A DNA stretch of 43,870 nt from a virus (taxonomy: Duplodnaviria; Caudoviricetes). The stretch spans positions 1 to 43,870 of IMG/VR virus record IMGVR_UViG_3300036546_000226, one strand, 5' to 3'. A program made the position numbers and the translations under genes. Shown in pieces: positions 1-8,349 of this stretch (positions are counted from its first letter, which is position 1; each line of letters opens with the position of its first letter). The notes beneath the pieces were generated by a model. The model saw only the letters and a program-made list of their open reading frames with translations, ran no database searches and was not told the origin of the DNA.

Positions 1-12
1 CTTCTGCGCCCC
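1..12 (-). repeat. 12-bp terminal direct repeat / probable cohesive end (cosN), left copy
   Basis: cttctgcgcccc at 1-12 equals 43859-43870. Joined minus strand reads TACG|GGGGCGCAGAAG|CGCG versus lambda TACG|GGGCGGCGACCT|CGCG. It lies just upstream of the terminase small subunit. Confidence 0.8.
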
Positions 13-32
13 CGTACGCGCGACGTGGCCGA

Positions 33-39
33 GGGACCC
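33..39 (-). promoter_or_regulatory. cosQ-like packaging termination element
   Basis: GGGTCCC on the minus strand 20 nt before the cos 12-mer; lambda cosQ is GGGTCCT at a similar distance. Confidence 0.45.
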
Positions 40-53
40 CAGCTCGATCTCGA

Positions 54-434
54 TCACGCGCCCAGCTCCTGCTCCATCTCCTGCCGCTCGTACCACTGCG
101 CATTCGCCTTGCAGCCGTTCAGCATGTACTTGATGCGGTTAACACTCACGCCCAGAACCCAGGCGATCCTGCGCTCTGACAGGCCCTGCTGAACGAGAAA
201 CCGGGCTTTGGCTCTTTGTGCCAAGTGCGGGCGCTCGAGTGATGGCGGGTGGATAGTTTGACCGCCGTACAACGCGACAAGATGCAGCAGGTTTTCATAG
301 CCAATGTCCTGGGCTATCGGGTGGCTTTCATCCGGGTTGTCGGGAATGTAGAGGGTTTGCCCTCCCCAGATCTGGCAGATGAGCATCATCACCTCAAGGC
401 CCGCTTCTTGAGCGATCTCTTCAACCAATGTCAC
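54..434 (-). CDS. Mor/C-family transcription activator (possible late-gene regulator)
   Basis: WGGQTLYIP and YGGQTIHPP motifs plus C-terminal HTH (GLSERRIAWVLGVS); last gene before cos/terminase. Confidence 0.65.
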   Translation of the reverse strand: MTLVEEIAQEAGLEVMMLICQIWGGQTLYIPDNPDESHPIAQDIGYENLLHLVALYGGQTIHPPSLERPHLAQRAKARFLVQQGLSERRIAWVLGVSVNRIKYMLNGCKANAQWYERQEMEQELGA

Positions 435-736
435 CGGTTATCCTCCTTATCGTCATCACCTGCCCATTGTCGGAGCGCGGTCTTATCTGCGTTGCAGTCG
501 CTGAGAACTCGCTGAACCTCAGCGCAATGTTCCGGAATATCTCCCCAATCAGTGCCCCGGTACTCAGGTACAGGGTTGGGCTGCAGGAGCACAGAGGGCG
601 GATACACATATTCAGTCCTGTACTCGATCACTGGCTCCCGCGCGCAGGATGTCAGCAACAGCGGGAGGGTGAGGGCGGCCAGCACACTCATCGTTGGCCA
701 GCGCCTGGCGTAAGGCTTCGATCTGTTCACGGGCAT
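431..736 (-). CDS. o-spanin (Rz1-like lipoprotein)
   Basis: Lipobox LLLTSC, Pro-rich, overlaps the 3' end of the i-spanin in another frame; start codon uncertain. Confidence 0.75.
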   Translation of the reverse strand: MPVNRSKPYARRWPTMSVLAALTLPLLLTSCAREPVIEYRTEYVYPPSVLLQPNPVPEYRGTDWGDIPEHCAEVQRVLSDCNADKTALRQWAGDDDKEDNR

Positions 737-1007
737 TCCTCTCTGAGTGTTGGCGGGCTTGTTGTGCCCGGGTAATTAGCTGGTCGCGCTTCTGCACCTC
801 ACTGGCTAAGGCCTGATAGCTCTCGGACTGGCTTTGTAAGGACTGGGCCAGCTGGGTGTTCTGAGAGTTCAGCGCCCCCATACGTTCAGCCAGGGAGTTG
901 TTGCGGGAGTGGAGTGCGTACACGGCAGTGAGTAGCCCGAGGATCAGAACGATCAGCCCGCCGGATAACCAGGGCAGGGCCTTTGAGGTGAGCAGCTTCC
1001 CGATCAT
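612..1007 (-). CDS. i-spanin (Rz-like)
   Basis: N-terminal TM helix, coiled coil, C-terminal Cys (ECAGRPHP). Confidence 0.75.
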   Translation of the reverse strand: MIGKLLTSKALPWLSGGLIVLILGLLTAVYALHSRNNSLAERMGALNSQNTQLAQSLQSQSESYQALASEVQKRDQLITRAQQARQHSERNAREQIEALRQALANDECAGRPHPPAVADILRAGASDRVQD

Positions 1008-1228
1008 TTGCGCCCCTTACTGAACGATTCGATGGCGTTGTTGCCGTAGTAGCCGATGACGATGAAAGCAAAAGCCCATGCCAGCGATTCAAGCAGCGGC
1101 ATGGACGATGCCCTTAATGGCGCAAACAGACCGGCGGCCAGGGTAACCAATAGGGCGCCCATGGCGGTGTATGCCAGTCTCCGGCGGTGCCGCCAGTAGC
1201 GCTCTGGGTCTGGGTGTTTGTCGGTCAT
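1004..1228 (-). CDS. Two-TM membrane protein, candidate holin
   Basis: 74 aa, two hydrophobic helices, basic termini, immediately upstream of the spanins. Confidence 0.5.
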   Translation of the reverse strand: MTDKHPDPERYWRHRRRLAYTAMGALLVTLAAGLFAPLRASSMPLLESLAWAFAFIVIGYYGNNAIESFSKGRK

Positions 1229-1494
1229 GCTGCATTCCTCAGCTGGTTAAACATCGCCCTGATCTCCTGTTCATCATCCTGATCCTTCAGCCACCCCTCC
1301 AGTTCGTCCCTGGTAATCGCCTTGGCCCGATACTCTGCCCACTTGGCCCGCGCCTTTGTCTCTGTCGGGATTGGCCCGAAGCCCTCGAACCTATGCCCGA
1401 ACCTATCCCGGCAGCTGCGCTCCGCTTCCTCGATGCTCTCACCGGTGAGCATCACCGAGCGCTTGCCATCCACTATGGCGGTGAGCTGGATCAC
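1225..1494 (-). CDS. Hypothetical protein
   Basis: GTG start overlapping the upstream stop; part of the coupled operon. Confidence 0.55.
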   Translation of the reverse strand: MIQLTAIVDGKRSVMLTGESIEEAERSCRDRFGHRFEGFGPIPTETKARAKWAEYRAKAITRDELEGWLKDQDDEQEIRAMFNQLRNAA

Positions 1495-1835
1495 GCGGGG
1501 GCGGCCTCCAGCTCTACTTCGCCCAAAAACATCAGGCAGCACACGGCATGTGCGGCGTGGTGCAGGCCGGTTTCTTCATCCCGGGTAATCCCCTGCTGTA
1601 GCGCGTTGATATGGCGCCGTGCAGCTGCGAGGTAACGGCGGCGGAGATCTGGCACATGGCGCCAGTTGTCGGCGCTGTACTTCTGGGCTCCGGCAGTGAG
1701 CACCCGGGCCACTTCCATTTCCATCAGCGGCGGAATCAGGTCCATCATGGGCTTGTCGGTGTCGTACTTAACGCCCTGGCTGTAGTGTTCAGCGGTGTTG
1801 CCGTTCTGCCCAATAACGTCGATTCGTGATGTCAT
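1491..1835 (-). CDS. dATP/dGTP diphosphohydrolase-domain protein (DUF5664-like)
   Basis: GVKYDTDKPMMDLIPP, GAQKYSADNW, ETGLHHAAHAVCCLMFL motifs. Confidence 0.8.
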   Translation of the reverse strand: MTSRIDVIGQNGNTAEHYSQGVKYDTDKPMMDLIPPLMEMEVARVLTAGAQKYSADNWRHVPDLRRRYLAAARRHINALQQGITRDEETGLHHAAHAVCCLMFLGEVELEAAPA

Positions 1836-2170
1836 GCCGCTTTTGCCCCCTTGATAGTGATAACCCCCAGCTCGAACAGCTCCCGCCAGGTGCGCATCTG
1901 CGCCCGGCGTAGGTACCAGTCTTTATATTCCCGCTCCCCGGGCGGCCACTTCGCCCGGCCATCGATCACCGAATGACAGGCATCACACGCAAAGCACGCG
2001 CTCAGGTCGTCAGCCTTGCGGGCAATGCCGTGGCTCTCGTCCTGCAGGTGAGCCAGTACGGTTGTGGCCCAGTCACCATTACAGACGCCAACGATCTGCA
2101 GGGTGCAGGCCTGGCCGCGGGCTGCGTTTCGGATGTGGTTTGAGCGAATAGGTGTCGGTTTCTTCAGCAT
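1832..2170 (-). CDS. DUF1364/YbcO-family putative nuclease
   Basis: ARGQACTLQIVGVCN..TTVLAH..KADD..ACDACHSVID motifs. Confidence 0.8.
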   Translation of the reverse strand: MLKKPTPIRSNHIRNAARGQACTLQIVGVCNGDWATTVLAHLQDESHGIARKADDLSACFACDACHSVIDGRAKWPPGEREYKDWYLRRAQMRTWRELFELGVITIKGAKAA

Positions 2171-2171
2171 G

Positions 2172-2474
2172 TCAGTCCCCGTGGTACCGTGAACCGCCAG
2201 CGCCATAACCCCGACCGGCTTCGCCAGACTTCAGTTCAGCAATCTGACGCCGCAGCTGGCGGTTCTCGTCTTGCAGATCGTTGCAGGCCATACGCAGCAG
2301 CACCTTTGCATCGTCGTCTTTGAGCGGGGCGCCATCCTGCAGCCGGCCAACACCAAAGCACGTGAAGCAGGGCATGGTGTGGAATACGCCCCGAACAAAG
2401 CCACGATGACAGTCCGGGCACGGGGTGGTCTCCATTCGCTTTGGGGCCAGCTCCGGGCCAGCGCGTTTCTTCAT
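2172..2474 (-). CDS. Zinc-finger hypothetical protein
   Basis: CPDC..CFTC pair followed by coiled coil. Confidence 0.55.
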   Translation of the reverse strand: MKKRAGPELAPKRMETTPCPDCHRGFVRGVFHTMPCFTCFGVGRLQDGAPLKDDDAKVLLRMACNDLQDENRQLRRQIAELKSGEAGRGYGAGGSRYHGD

Positions 2475-2625
2475 GGCAGCGCCCTCACAGCCTCGATGCG
2501 TTTCGCCAGCCACTGATCCCAACGAGGGTCAGTTACCGGCACCAGGGGCGCAGTGCACGTGCCCAGCGGGCAGCCTTTGCAGCCCGGGTGCTTCTGACAG
2601 TGGTCGACAACATCTTTCGGCAGAA

Positions 2626-2991
2626 TCACGCCACCACCTCCTTGCGCCCCTGCCGATGAGGGCTCACGTATCCAGCCAGATCCAGCTCCACCTGAATGTC
2701 AGCAGGGGCCACCTGGTAGTGCTTCGACAGCGCTTTAAGCGTCAGGCGCTCTGCCTGGCGGGCCAGAACCCGGTGCTCTGCATAGCAGTCCCGCACCAGC
2801 GCAGCATCTTCTTCGTTCAGCGCCTCAGTCGGCAAGGAGTGGATCGCGCGGGCAATGGCGTGGTCGCTCACGCGGAACTTTGCCGCCAGCCGTCCTGGTG
2901 ATAGTTCGTTGGCTTCCTGGCGAATCTTCACCCCGTACATGTAGGCCTGGGCTGCGTTGCGGGCTCTCAGTTTGGTCAGGTGGTCAATCAC
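2626..2991 (-). CDS. Hypothetical protein, possibly HTH
   Basis: GTG start after an SD-like sequence; helical segments LAAKFRVS and LSKHYQVA. Confidence 0.45.
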   Translation of the reverse strand: MIDHLTKLRARNAAQAYMYGVKIRQEANELSPGRLAAKFRVSDHAIARAIHSLPTEALNEEDAALVRDCYAEHRVLARQAERLTLKALSKHYQVAPADIQVELDLAGYVSPHRQGRKEVVA

Positions 2992-3103
2992 TTGTTCTTT
3001 CCTTCGGTCAGTTGCTTCCGGAGATCCGCCAGCAAGGCCTTCGCTTCCTTGCGGCTGGTTTTGGTGTGGGTTACGCCAGAGGCTGGCGGATTGGTGGGCT
3101 GGG

Positions 3104-3934
3104 TCACTGGCCACCCCCATTCCGGTAAGAGCTCCAGTCGAAGTCCAGCGCCTTGCCGCCGCTCTCGCGCAGCCGGTCAACCACACGCTCCCCCAGGCAC
3201 TTACTCAAGTCACCGGCGGGCAGGTTGGTGACCACCACCGTTGGCTTCTCCAGCAGGTAGCGGGCATTGATGGCTTCATAGGCGACGGTCTGCTCGAACT
3301 CGGTGAAGTTCTGCATGCCCACCTCATCGATCACCACCAGCTCCGGCTTGGCGAACTTGTCGTAAACATCCTGCTCGCTGTAATCGGCGGACTTCCGCCA
3401 GCTGCCCTTAACCTCACGCACCAGTTCGGCAAACGTCCAGTAGGCCCCGGGCTTGCAGGTCCTCAGGATCACATCGTGCAGCAGGGCACAGGACAGGTGA
3501 GTTTTACCGTTGCCCACGTTGCCGAGCAGGATCAGGGACCGGCCGCCGTGATCTCCGGAGGCCAACAGATCCGCGTAGTCCTGAATCTTGCGCAGTATGC
3601 TGGCGGATTTGCCATTCACTGGCTTGTAGTCAGCAAAGCCCTTACCAGCGAAGCGCTTGGGTATATCCGCCTGGGCCACGTACCGGGATGCACGCTGGCG
3701 CATCATCTCCATCTGGCGCTGGCGCTCCTCCTCACGCATCCGGGCCTGCAAGGCTTCTTCCGCGCATTCCGGGCAGCCCTTCCAGCCTGCCGAGATACGC
3801 CCCTTGCCGCTGTGGTGCACATCGATGAAGTTCCCGTGCTGGGAGCATTCGCCCTTGCGACGGTCATCGATGCCCAGGATGTGATCCATCTGCTCATCGG
3901 GCTTGCCGAGAAACTCAGAAATTAGCGACCCCAT
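3104..3934 (-). CDS. DnaC/IstB-like ATPase (helicase loader)
   Basis: Zn motif CSQHG..CPEC, Walker A GNVGNGKT, Walker B LVVIDEVG, LGERVVDRL. Confidence 0.9.
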   Translation of the reverse strand: MGSLISEFLGKPDEQMDHILGIDDRRKGECSQHGNFIDVHHSGKGRISAGWKGCPECAEEALQARMREEERQRQMEMMRQRASRYVAQADIPKRFAGKGFADYKPVNGKSASILRKIQDYADLLASGDHGGRSLILLGNVGNGKTHLSCALLHDVILRTCKPGAYWTFAELVREVKGSWRKSADYSEQDVYDKFAKPELVVIDEVGMQNFTEFEQTVAYEAINARYLLEKPTVVVTNLPAGDLSKCLGERVVDRLRESGGKALDFDWSSYRNGGGQ

Positions 3935-4916
3935 CGGGCACCTCCTGCTTCAAGCCCTGGCTGTAATCGATCTCGCTGAACCCCGAATGCCGGGGACGGT
4001 CAGGGAACGGCTCCGGTGGTGACCACTCGTTTTCGAATTCGCAGGAGGGGCCAAAGAACCGCTGGGCCTGCATGACGTACTCGGTATTGGCTTTGCCGGT
4101 GGATTGGCAGAACTTCGCGTAGCGGATAACGCCAGCGAGTATCACGGCGGGGTCGTGGCCCTCCTTGGTCCTGGCAGACCAGGCTTTGAACGCCTGGCGC
4201 TTCGGGTTGCTGCCGGGACGCTTGGGGTATTTGCCCCACGCCAGTTCGAACTCCTGTGGGTAGGGCGGTTTTTTCTCAGCGTCGTCGCTGGCTGCTGATT
4301 CACCCTGAGTCGGCGCATCGCTTGCCGATGTGCCATGTGTGTTTATGGATTCAGGATTCAGAGAATCAGGATTCAGAGAATCAGGGCGATTTCTACCGTT
4401 ATGGTTTTGTGGGTCTACCGTAGAGTCACCGTAGGTCTCCGGTAGGTCTACCGTAGGTTTGCCGTTATCGTTCGGTAAGTCTTTTTCCTGTTCACCGTAA
4501 CCCTCGGTTGGCGCGGGGGTAGGTTTACCGTCATCACCCTTGCCTTTAACCGGCTGGCGGGCGTCTTTCGTCGGTTTGCTCGCGGTGTCGTACCCGGCCT
4601 TGCCCGGTAACTCGCTGCGCTTCTCCGAATGGTGAGGCGACTGGTGCTCGGCAAACTTCGTGATCAGGATGACTTTCACGCCCTGGTATTCGTAACGCTC
4701 CAGCAGGCCGAGGGCGCACAGCTCCTGCAGGCCGGCCTCAACATTAACGTTGTCGCAAGGGAACAGCTCCATCTTGATGCGCTTCGGGCGATCCTCGAGG
4801 CGTCCCTCACGATCCGCCAGCATCCACAGCCCGATGAAAAGGAGCCGGTGCTCGAAAGCCAGGTCAACCAAATCTTCATTCTTCCAGAAGCCCGGTTTGA
4901 TGTTGCGCGCTCGCAT
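3915..4916 (-). CDS. Phage replication initiator protein
   Basis: MRARNIKPGFWKNE..RLLFIGLWMLADREGR N-terminus, FELAWGKYPKR C-terminal domain, upstream of the DnaC-like gene. Confidence 0.85.
   Translation of the reverse strand: MRARNIKPGFWKNEDLVDLAFEHRLLFIGLWMLADREGRLEDRPKRIKMELFPCDNVNVEAGLQELCALGLLERYEYQGVKVILITKFAEHQSPHHSEKRSELPGKAGYDTASKPTKDARQPVKGKGDDGKPTPAPTEGYGEQEKDLPNDNGKPTVDLPETYGDSTVDPQNHNGRNRPDSLNPDSLNPESINTHGTSASDAPTQGESAASDDAEKKPPYPQEFELAWGKYPKRPGSNPKRQAFKAWSARTKEGHDPAVILAGVIRYAKFCQSTGKANTEYVMQAQRFFGPSCEFENEWSPPEPFPDRPRHSGFSEIDYSQGLKQEVPDGVANF
4345..4535. other. Probable replication origin (iteron-like repeats) inside the initiator gene
   Basis: GGTCTACCGTAG at 4412 and 4445, GTAGGTTTRCCGT at 4453 and 4519, further ACCGT motifs, tandem 15-bp TCAGGATTCAGAGAA; lambdoid origins lie within the initiator gene. 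Confidence 0.5.
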
Positions 4917-5659
4917 TACGCGGCCTCCGAATTTTGTTCAAACAGCAGGTGTGTGTATTTACCATCCCAGTCCTTGCGCATTTCGAGCTGGCCCTGTTCG
5001 TACTGGGAATAGAGCCACTTGGCGCCCTTCTGGGTGAGGATTACCTTCTCGCAGGGCCGATCCTCTTTGTTGAGGTAGCGGCGCTCGGTGAACAGCTTGT
5101 CGCGGTAGGCGGCGGCGCTGCGGTAGCCGTGTTGAGTCTTCAGAAGCCGCTTGCGCTCAACCAGCAGGGGCTGAACCCAGTTCAGGTTGACGCCATTGAG
5201 CATCCGGCAGAACTCTACCGGTGTGAGCCCGGCCTTCAGGTTCGCGGCCAGATCGTTGCACACGGCGTTCAGGCGGGTGGTTTCGCCTTTGTAGTGCTCT
5301 ACCTGGGCATTGAGATCTTCAAGGGCAATCCGGGCAGCCTGGCTCAGGTTGCCTACCCATGCAGGAAGGGCCACCTTTTGTTCCAGCTCCTGCCAGCGAT
5401 CCACAAGCCGAGCGGTGAACTCGGGTGACAGCTGGGCGACAATCACATAGCTGTCACGCTTTTCTATCCAGTAGTGGGTTACGGTTTGGCCGCGGTGATT
5501 TTTAACTTCCCCCACTGGGGGACGTTGGATAACTCCGCGCCCTGCAAGGCGGTCGATAGACTGCTTCACCTTGTCGTGCCGCGATTCCAACATTTCGGCA
5601 ATCTCTCGACTGCTCATCATGAGAGCGCCATCGTTGATTGTCGGCGTAAGTTGCTGCAT
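4916..5659 (-). CDS. Rha-family regulatory protein / antirepressor-like
   Basis: MSSREIAEMLESRHDKVKQSI..SYVIVAQLSPEFTARLVDRWQELE; C-terminus LTQKGAKWL resembles the KilAC/ANT end. Confidence 0.8.
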   Translation of the reverse strand: MQQLTPTINDGALMMSSREIAEMLESRHDKVKQSIDRLAGRGVIQRPPVGEVKNHRGQTVTHYWIEKRDSYVIVAQLSPEFTARLVDRWQELEQKVALPAWVGNLSQAARIALEDLNAQVEHYKGETTRLNAVCNDLAANLKAGLTPVEFCRMLNGVNLNWVQPLLVERKRLLKTQHGYRSAAAYRDKLFTERRYLNKEDRPCEKVILTQKGAKWLYSQYEQGQLEMRKDWDGKYTHLLFEQNSEAA

Positions 5660-5726
5660 ACTTCCTCCTATCTCGTCCGCAATACCCCGGTAGGCCTGCC
5701 AGCCCATGACCCGGGGTTTTGTTTTT

Positions 5727-6101
5727 TCAGGCCTCTGGCCCAACCTCCGAAACCACCACCCGCATCATTCCGCCAGCGGTAGCCTCCCTTCGAACAATTC
5801 GCACTTCATCGATCTGATCGTCGTCATGCCAGATCCCGGCATGGGTCATACTGTCCAGCAGCGCCTTCAGCATGTTGTCCAGGTCCCGCTTTCGGCGGTC
5901 TGGTGGGAATGCCTCAATCGACACTGCCAGCCGGCCCGCCATAGGCTTGCAGCCCAAACCGACGAATCTCCGAACGGCAGAGCGGTATTCCCGGCCCTTC
6001 TTGCTGATAAGCACCCTGGGGCGCTTGTTCACAATCGTGTGACGCCAGTAGTGGTTCACCGAAGGAGGAAAGGGAAACTCTAGTGTTCTGGGCTCCGGCA
6101 T
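5727..6101 (-). CDS. rusA: RusA Holliday junction resolvase
   Basis: FPPSVNHYW..DRRKRDLDNMLKALLDSM..DDDQID. Confidence 0.92.
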   Translation of the reverse strand: MPEPRTLEFPFPPSVNHYWRHTIVNKRPRVLISKKGREYRSAVRRFVGLGCKPMAGRLAVSIEAFPPDRRKRDLDNMLKALLDSMTHAGIWHDDDQIDEVRIVRREATAGGMMRVVVSEVGPEA

Positions 6102-6149
6102 GACCGCTCCGCTGTCCGGTTTTGTTTTTCGTGACGTGTCACGAAGTGA

Positions 6150-6374
6150 CTAAAAGAACCCGGGCTTTGCGATAGAGCGAGTTGCAGCCATGAAACCCTT
6201 CTGCAGGTCCGTCTTGGCAATCGCCACCCAGCGCTGATCCAGGTCCTTGTTTTGCTCCAACTCGTGAACCAGCTCACCCACTTCGGCGGCCTTCTCCTTC
6301 ACGGCGTTCATTGCATTGATCTCTGCCTGGGAAAGCTCCCGATACCCTTTGATCTTTCGGTGTTGGTTATCCAT
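6150..6374 (-). CDS. acb2: Anti-CBASS cyclic-oligonucleotide sponge Acb2 homologue
   Basis: MDNQHRKIKGYRELSQAEI..RWVAIAKTDLQKGFMAATRSIAKP matches the Acb2 pattern as recalled ([43 protein letters not shown]). Confidence 0.85.
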   Translation of the reverse strand: MDNQHRKIKGYRELSQAEINAMNAVKEKAAEVGELVHELEQNKDLDQRWVAIAKTDLQKGFMAATRSIAKPGFF

Positions 6375-6379
6375 GTGCA

Positions 6380-6800
6380 GCTCCTGAAAATGTGAAAGCT
6401 GGCGGGCTGTCCGGTATCACCGCCGTGAACCTTTTTATGGAAGGTTAACCAGACCCCCTACCGGTGGGAGCTACATGCAGCTTGTCATCGCTGTTGATGG
6501 GTGGACGGAATCAAACCGCCCTATCCGCATCTGCGAAGGGCTCACGCGGGCGCACCCGACACATGCTCCCGGTGTGCATGGGAGCCCTTCCAGATACCGG
6601 CTCCTTACGGGAGCCATTCGGACTGATCAGCGAGGGCGGTGGTCGTGAGTAACCTTGGCCTCAGTCTGCTGGCGTTCTATCGCCGGGACCCAAACCCCAG
6701 CTGCAATGTCGGCACCTTGGCTTTCGCCTGGCCAGCTTTACCGGCTGCTTTTAATGGCGCTGCAGCTCGCGCCTGCTGTGTCAAAGAATGGGGCTCCCGC
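6380..6800 (-). ncRNA. Candidate structured non-coding RNA region
   Basis: No convincing CDS; stems at 6428-6446, T-arm-like 6503-6521, multibranch 6529-6595, 6599-6615. Confidence 0.35.
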
Positions 6801-6852
6801 TTCTGCTAAGCTGATTCGCGCTACACAACCCAACTTTTCAAAAGGAGGCCCC

Positions 6853-7023
6853 ATGGCCTACGAAAACGATTCCCCTGAACGTATTGCTGCTGACATACTT
6901 GTTGCGGCAATAGCGAAATCACCGGCACTTTCAATGTCTGACCCCGTGAAGCTCCCGGAGCACTACCGGGAGATCCTTGAAGGGGTCCGAAGCGTTCTCG
7001 AAGAATCACATCAGAACCGGTGA
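6853..7023 (+). CDS. Small hypothetical protein, antisense to the surrounding operon
   Basis: AGGAGG at 6843 then ATG at 6853; 56 aa. Confidence 0.5.
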   Translation: MAYENDSPERIAADILVAAIAKSPALSMSDPVKLPEHYREILEGVRSVLEESHQNR

Positions 7024-7193
7024 TCGCTGGAACCCTGGCGAATTACCTCCAAGGCCTCGTTTAACTCCCTTGCAGCTTGGACAAGGCTGATCTCGTTGCC
7101 AGCGGCATAGCGGGCAGCCGCCTCCATCCGCCAGCGAACTTCATTCGCATCGGGTGGAGTTCTCTGGTTCTTGCCTTGTGCTGCTTCCGTCAT
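7011..7193 (-). CDS. Small hypothetical protein downstream of cro
   Basis: GAGG-type SD, 60 aa. Confidence 0.45.
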   Translation of the reverse strand: MTEAAQGKNQRTPPDANEVRWRMEAAARYAAGNEISLVQAARELNEALEVIRQGSSDHRF

Positions 7194-7278
7194 TTCACGA
7201 TCCTCAATTCACTGTACAAATACCCACCCATAGTCAGGCGGGTATTCCGCCAGCTCGTGAGTGGTTTAATGGAAACCA

Positions 7279-7530
7279 TCAGGCGGCCTCTCCGGTGCGC
7301 TTATCTGCCGGGAGTCCGTCAGTAGGGTTCGGGTAGATGTCCGGGCGGAGTTCGTGCGGGGTTACCTGCCAGTCGGTTGAAGAAGAAACGGCAAGAACCT
7401 TTTCAGCGGGCACCCGTCGTCCCTGGCGATTAAGCCAGTTCCAAACGTGCGCTTGCTTGACGCCCACCTTTGCTGCCAAAGCTGATTGGCCGCCAAGAAT
7501 TTGTATGGCTTTATCTAGAGGTTCAATCAT
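7279..7530 (-). CDS. cro: Cro-like repressor (YdaS family)
   Basis: GGQSALAAKVGVKQAHVWNWLN..VTPHELRPDIY; divergent from cI. Confidence 0.85.
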   Translation of the reverse strand: MIEPLDKAIQILGGQSALAAKVGVKQAHVWNWLNRQGRRVPAEKVLAVSSSTDWQVTPHELRPDIYPNPTDGLPADKRTGEAA

Positions 7531-7537
7531 GTGCCTG

Positions 7538-7604
7538 AGAATACAAATTTACTTGTATTAAATCAACAAGGAAATTTGGATTCGGGTGGTACAAGATTCT
7601 TTGT
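7538..7604. promoter_or_regulatory. OR region: three 434-type operators and PR
   Basis: ACAA-N6-TTGT at 7543-7556 and 7591-7604, one-mismatch copy at 7566-7579; minus-strand TTGATT-17-TATTCT (7566-7538). Confidence 0.8.
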
Positions 7605-7605
7605 T

Positions 7606-8349
7606 ATGAACGAGCTTAAAGATAGGGTGCTGAAGCGCCGAAAATTACTAGACCTTACCCAGCAGCAGCTGGCAAAAAAGGTTGGCGTGAAACAACAGAG
7701 CATTCAGCAGCTAGAGGATGGCTTGGTAAAACGCCCAAGGTACCTTCTAGAGCTATCCCGGGCACTCGAGTGTGATGTGGATTGGCTAGCAACCGGAAAA
7801 GGCACTGCTGATTTCAGTTTATCGCAAAGCCGCTATGTTCCCGGGCCTGCTAATCCGACGGCAGCGGCAGCCGGGGGCGTCATCACCGGTAAGTTCCCCT
7901 CCAGAAAAACCGCAAAAGGCGACATAGAGATTCCTCAGTACGATGTGCGCGCATCCATGGGGCATGGCCAGGTGCTGCCCAGCGACTACATCGACACCAT
8001 ACGGCACATTACCGTGGGCGCTGGCTTTCTGCTGGAACAGGGCGTGAGTTACACCAAGCCTGAAAACCTTGCTGTGATTACCGGCTTTGGCGAGTCGATG
8101 AGTAAAACGTTCAGCAGCGGCGACCCTCTTATCATTGACCAAGGCGTAACCACCGTGGTTACCGACGGTGTTTATCTGTTTACTCTGGGTGCTGAGCTTT
8201 TCGTAAAGCGCCTGCAGCGGGTGCCCGGCGGCGTTCGCGTGATATCAGACAGCGACGCCTACCCGCCGTTTGAAGTAACCGGCCGCGATATCGATTCGCT
8301 GGTTATTCATGCCCGGGTGCTGCTGGCTTGGCGCTCACAGCGGCTGTAA
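7606..8349 (+). CDS. cI: CI repressor (434-like HTH + S24 peptidase)
   Basis: GVKQQSIQQLEDGLVKRPRYL resembles 434 repressor/Cro; GESM and FVKRL catalytic motifs. Confidence 0.92.
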   Translation: MNELKDRVLKRRKLLDLTQQQLAKKVGVKQQSIQQLEDGLVKRPRYLLELSRALECDVDWLATGKGTADFSLSQSRYVPGPANPTAAAAGGVITGKFPSRKTAKGDIEIPQYDVRASMGHGQVLPSDYIDTIRHITVGAGFLLEQGVSYTKPENLAVITGFGESMSKTFSSGDPLIIDQGVTTVVTDGVYLFTLGAELFVKRLQRVPGGVRVISDSDAYPPFEVTGRDIDSLVIHARVLLAWRSQRL

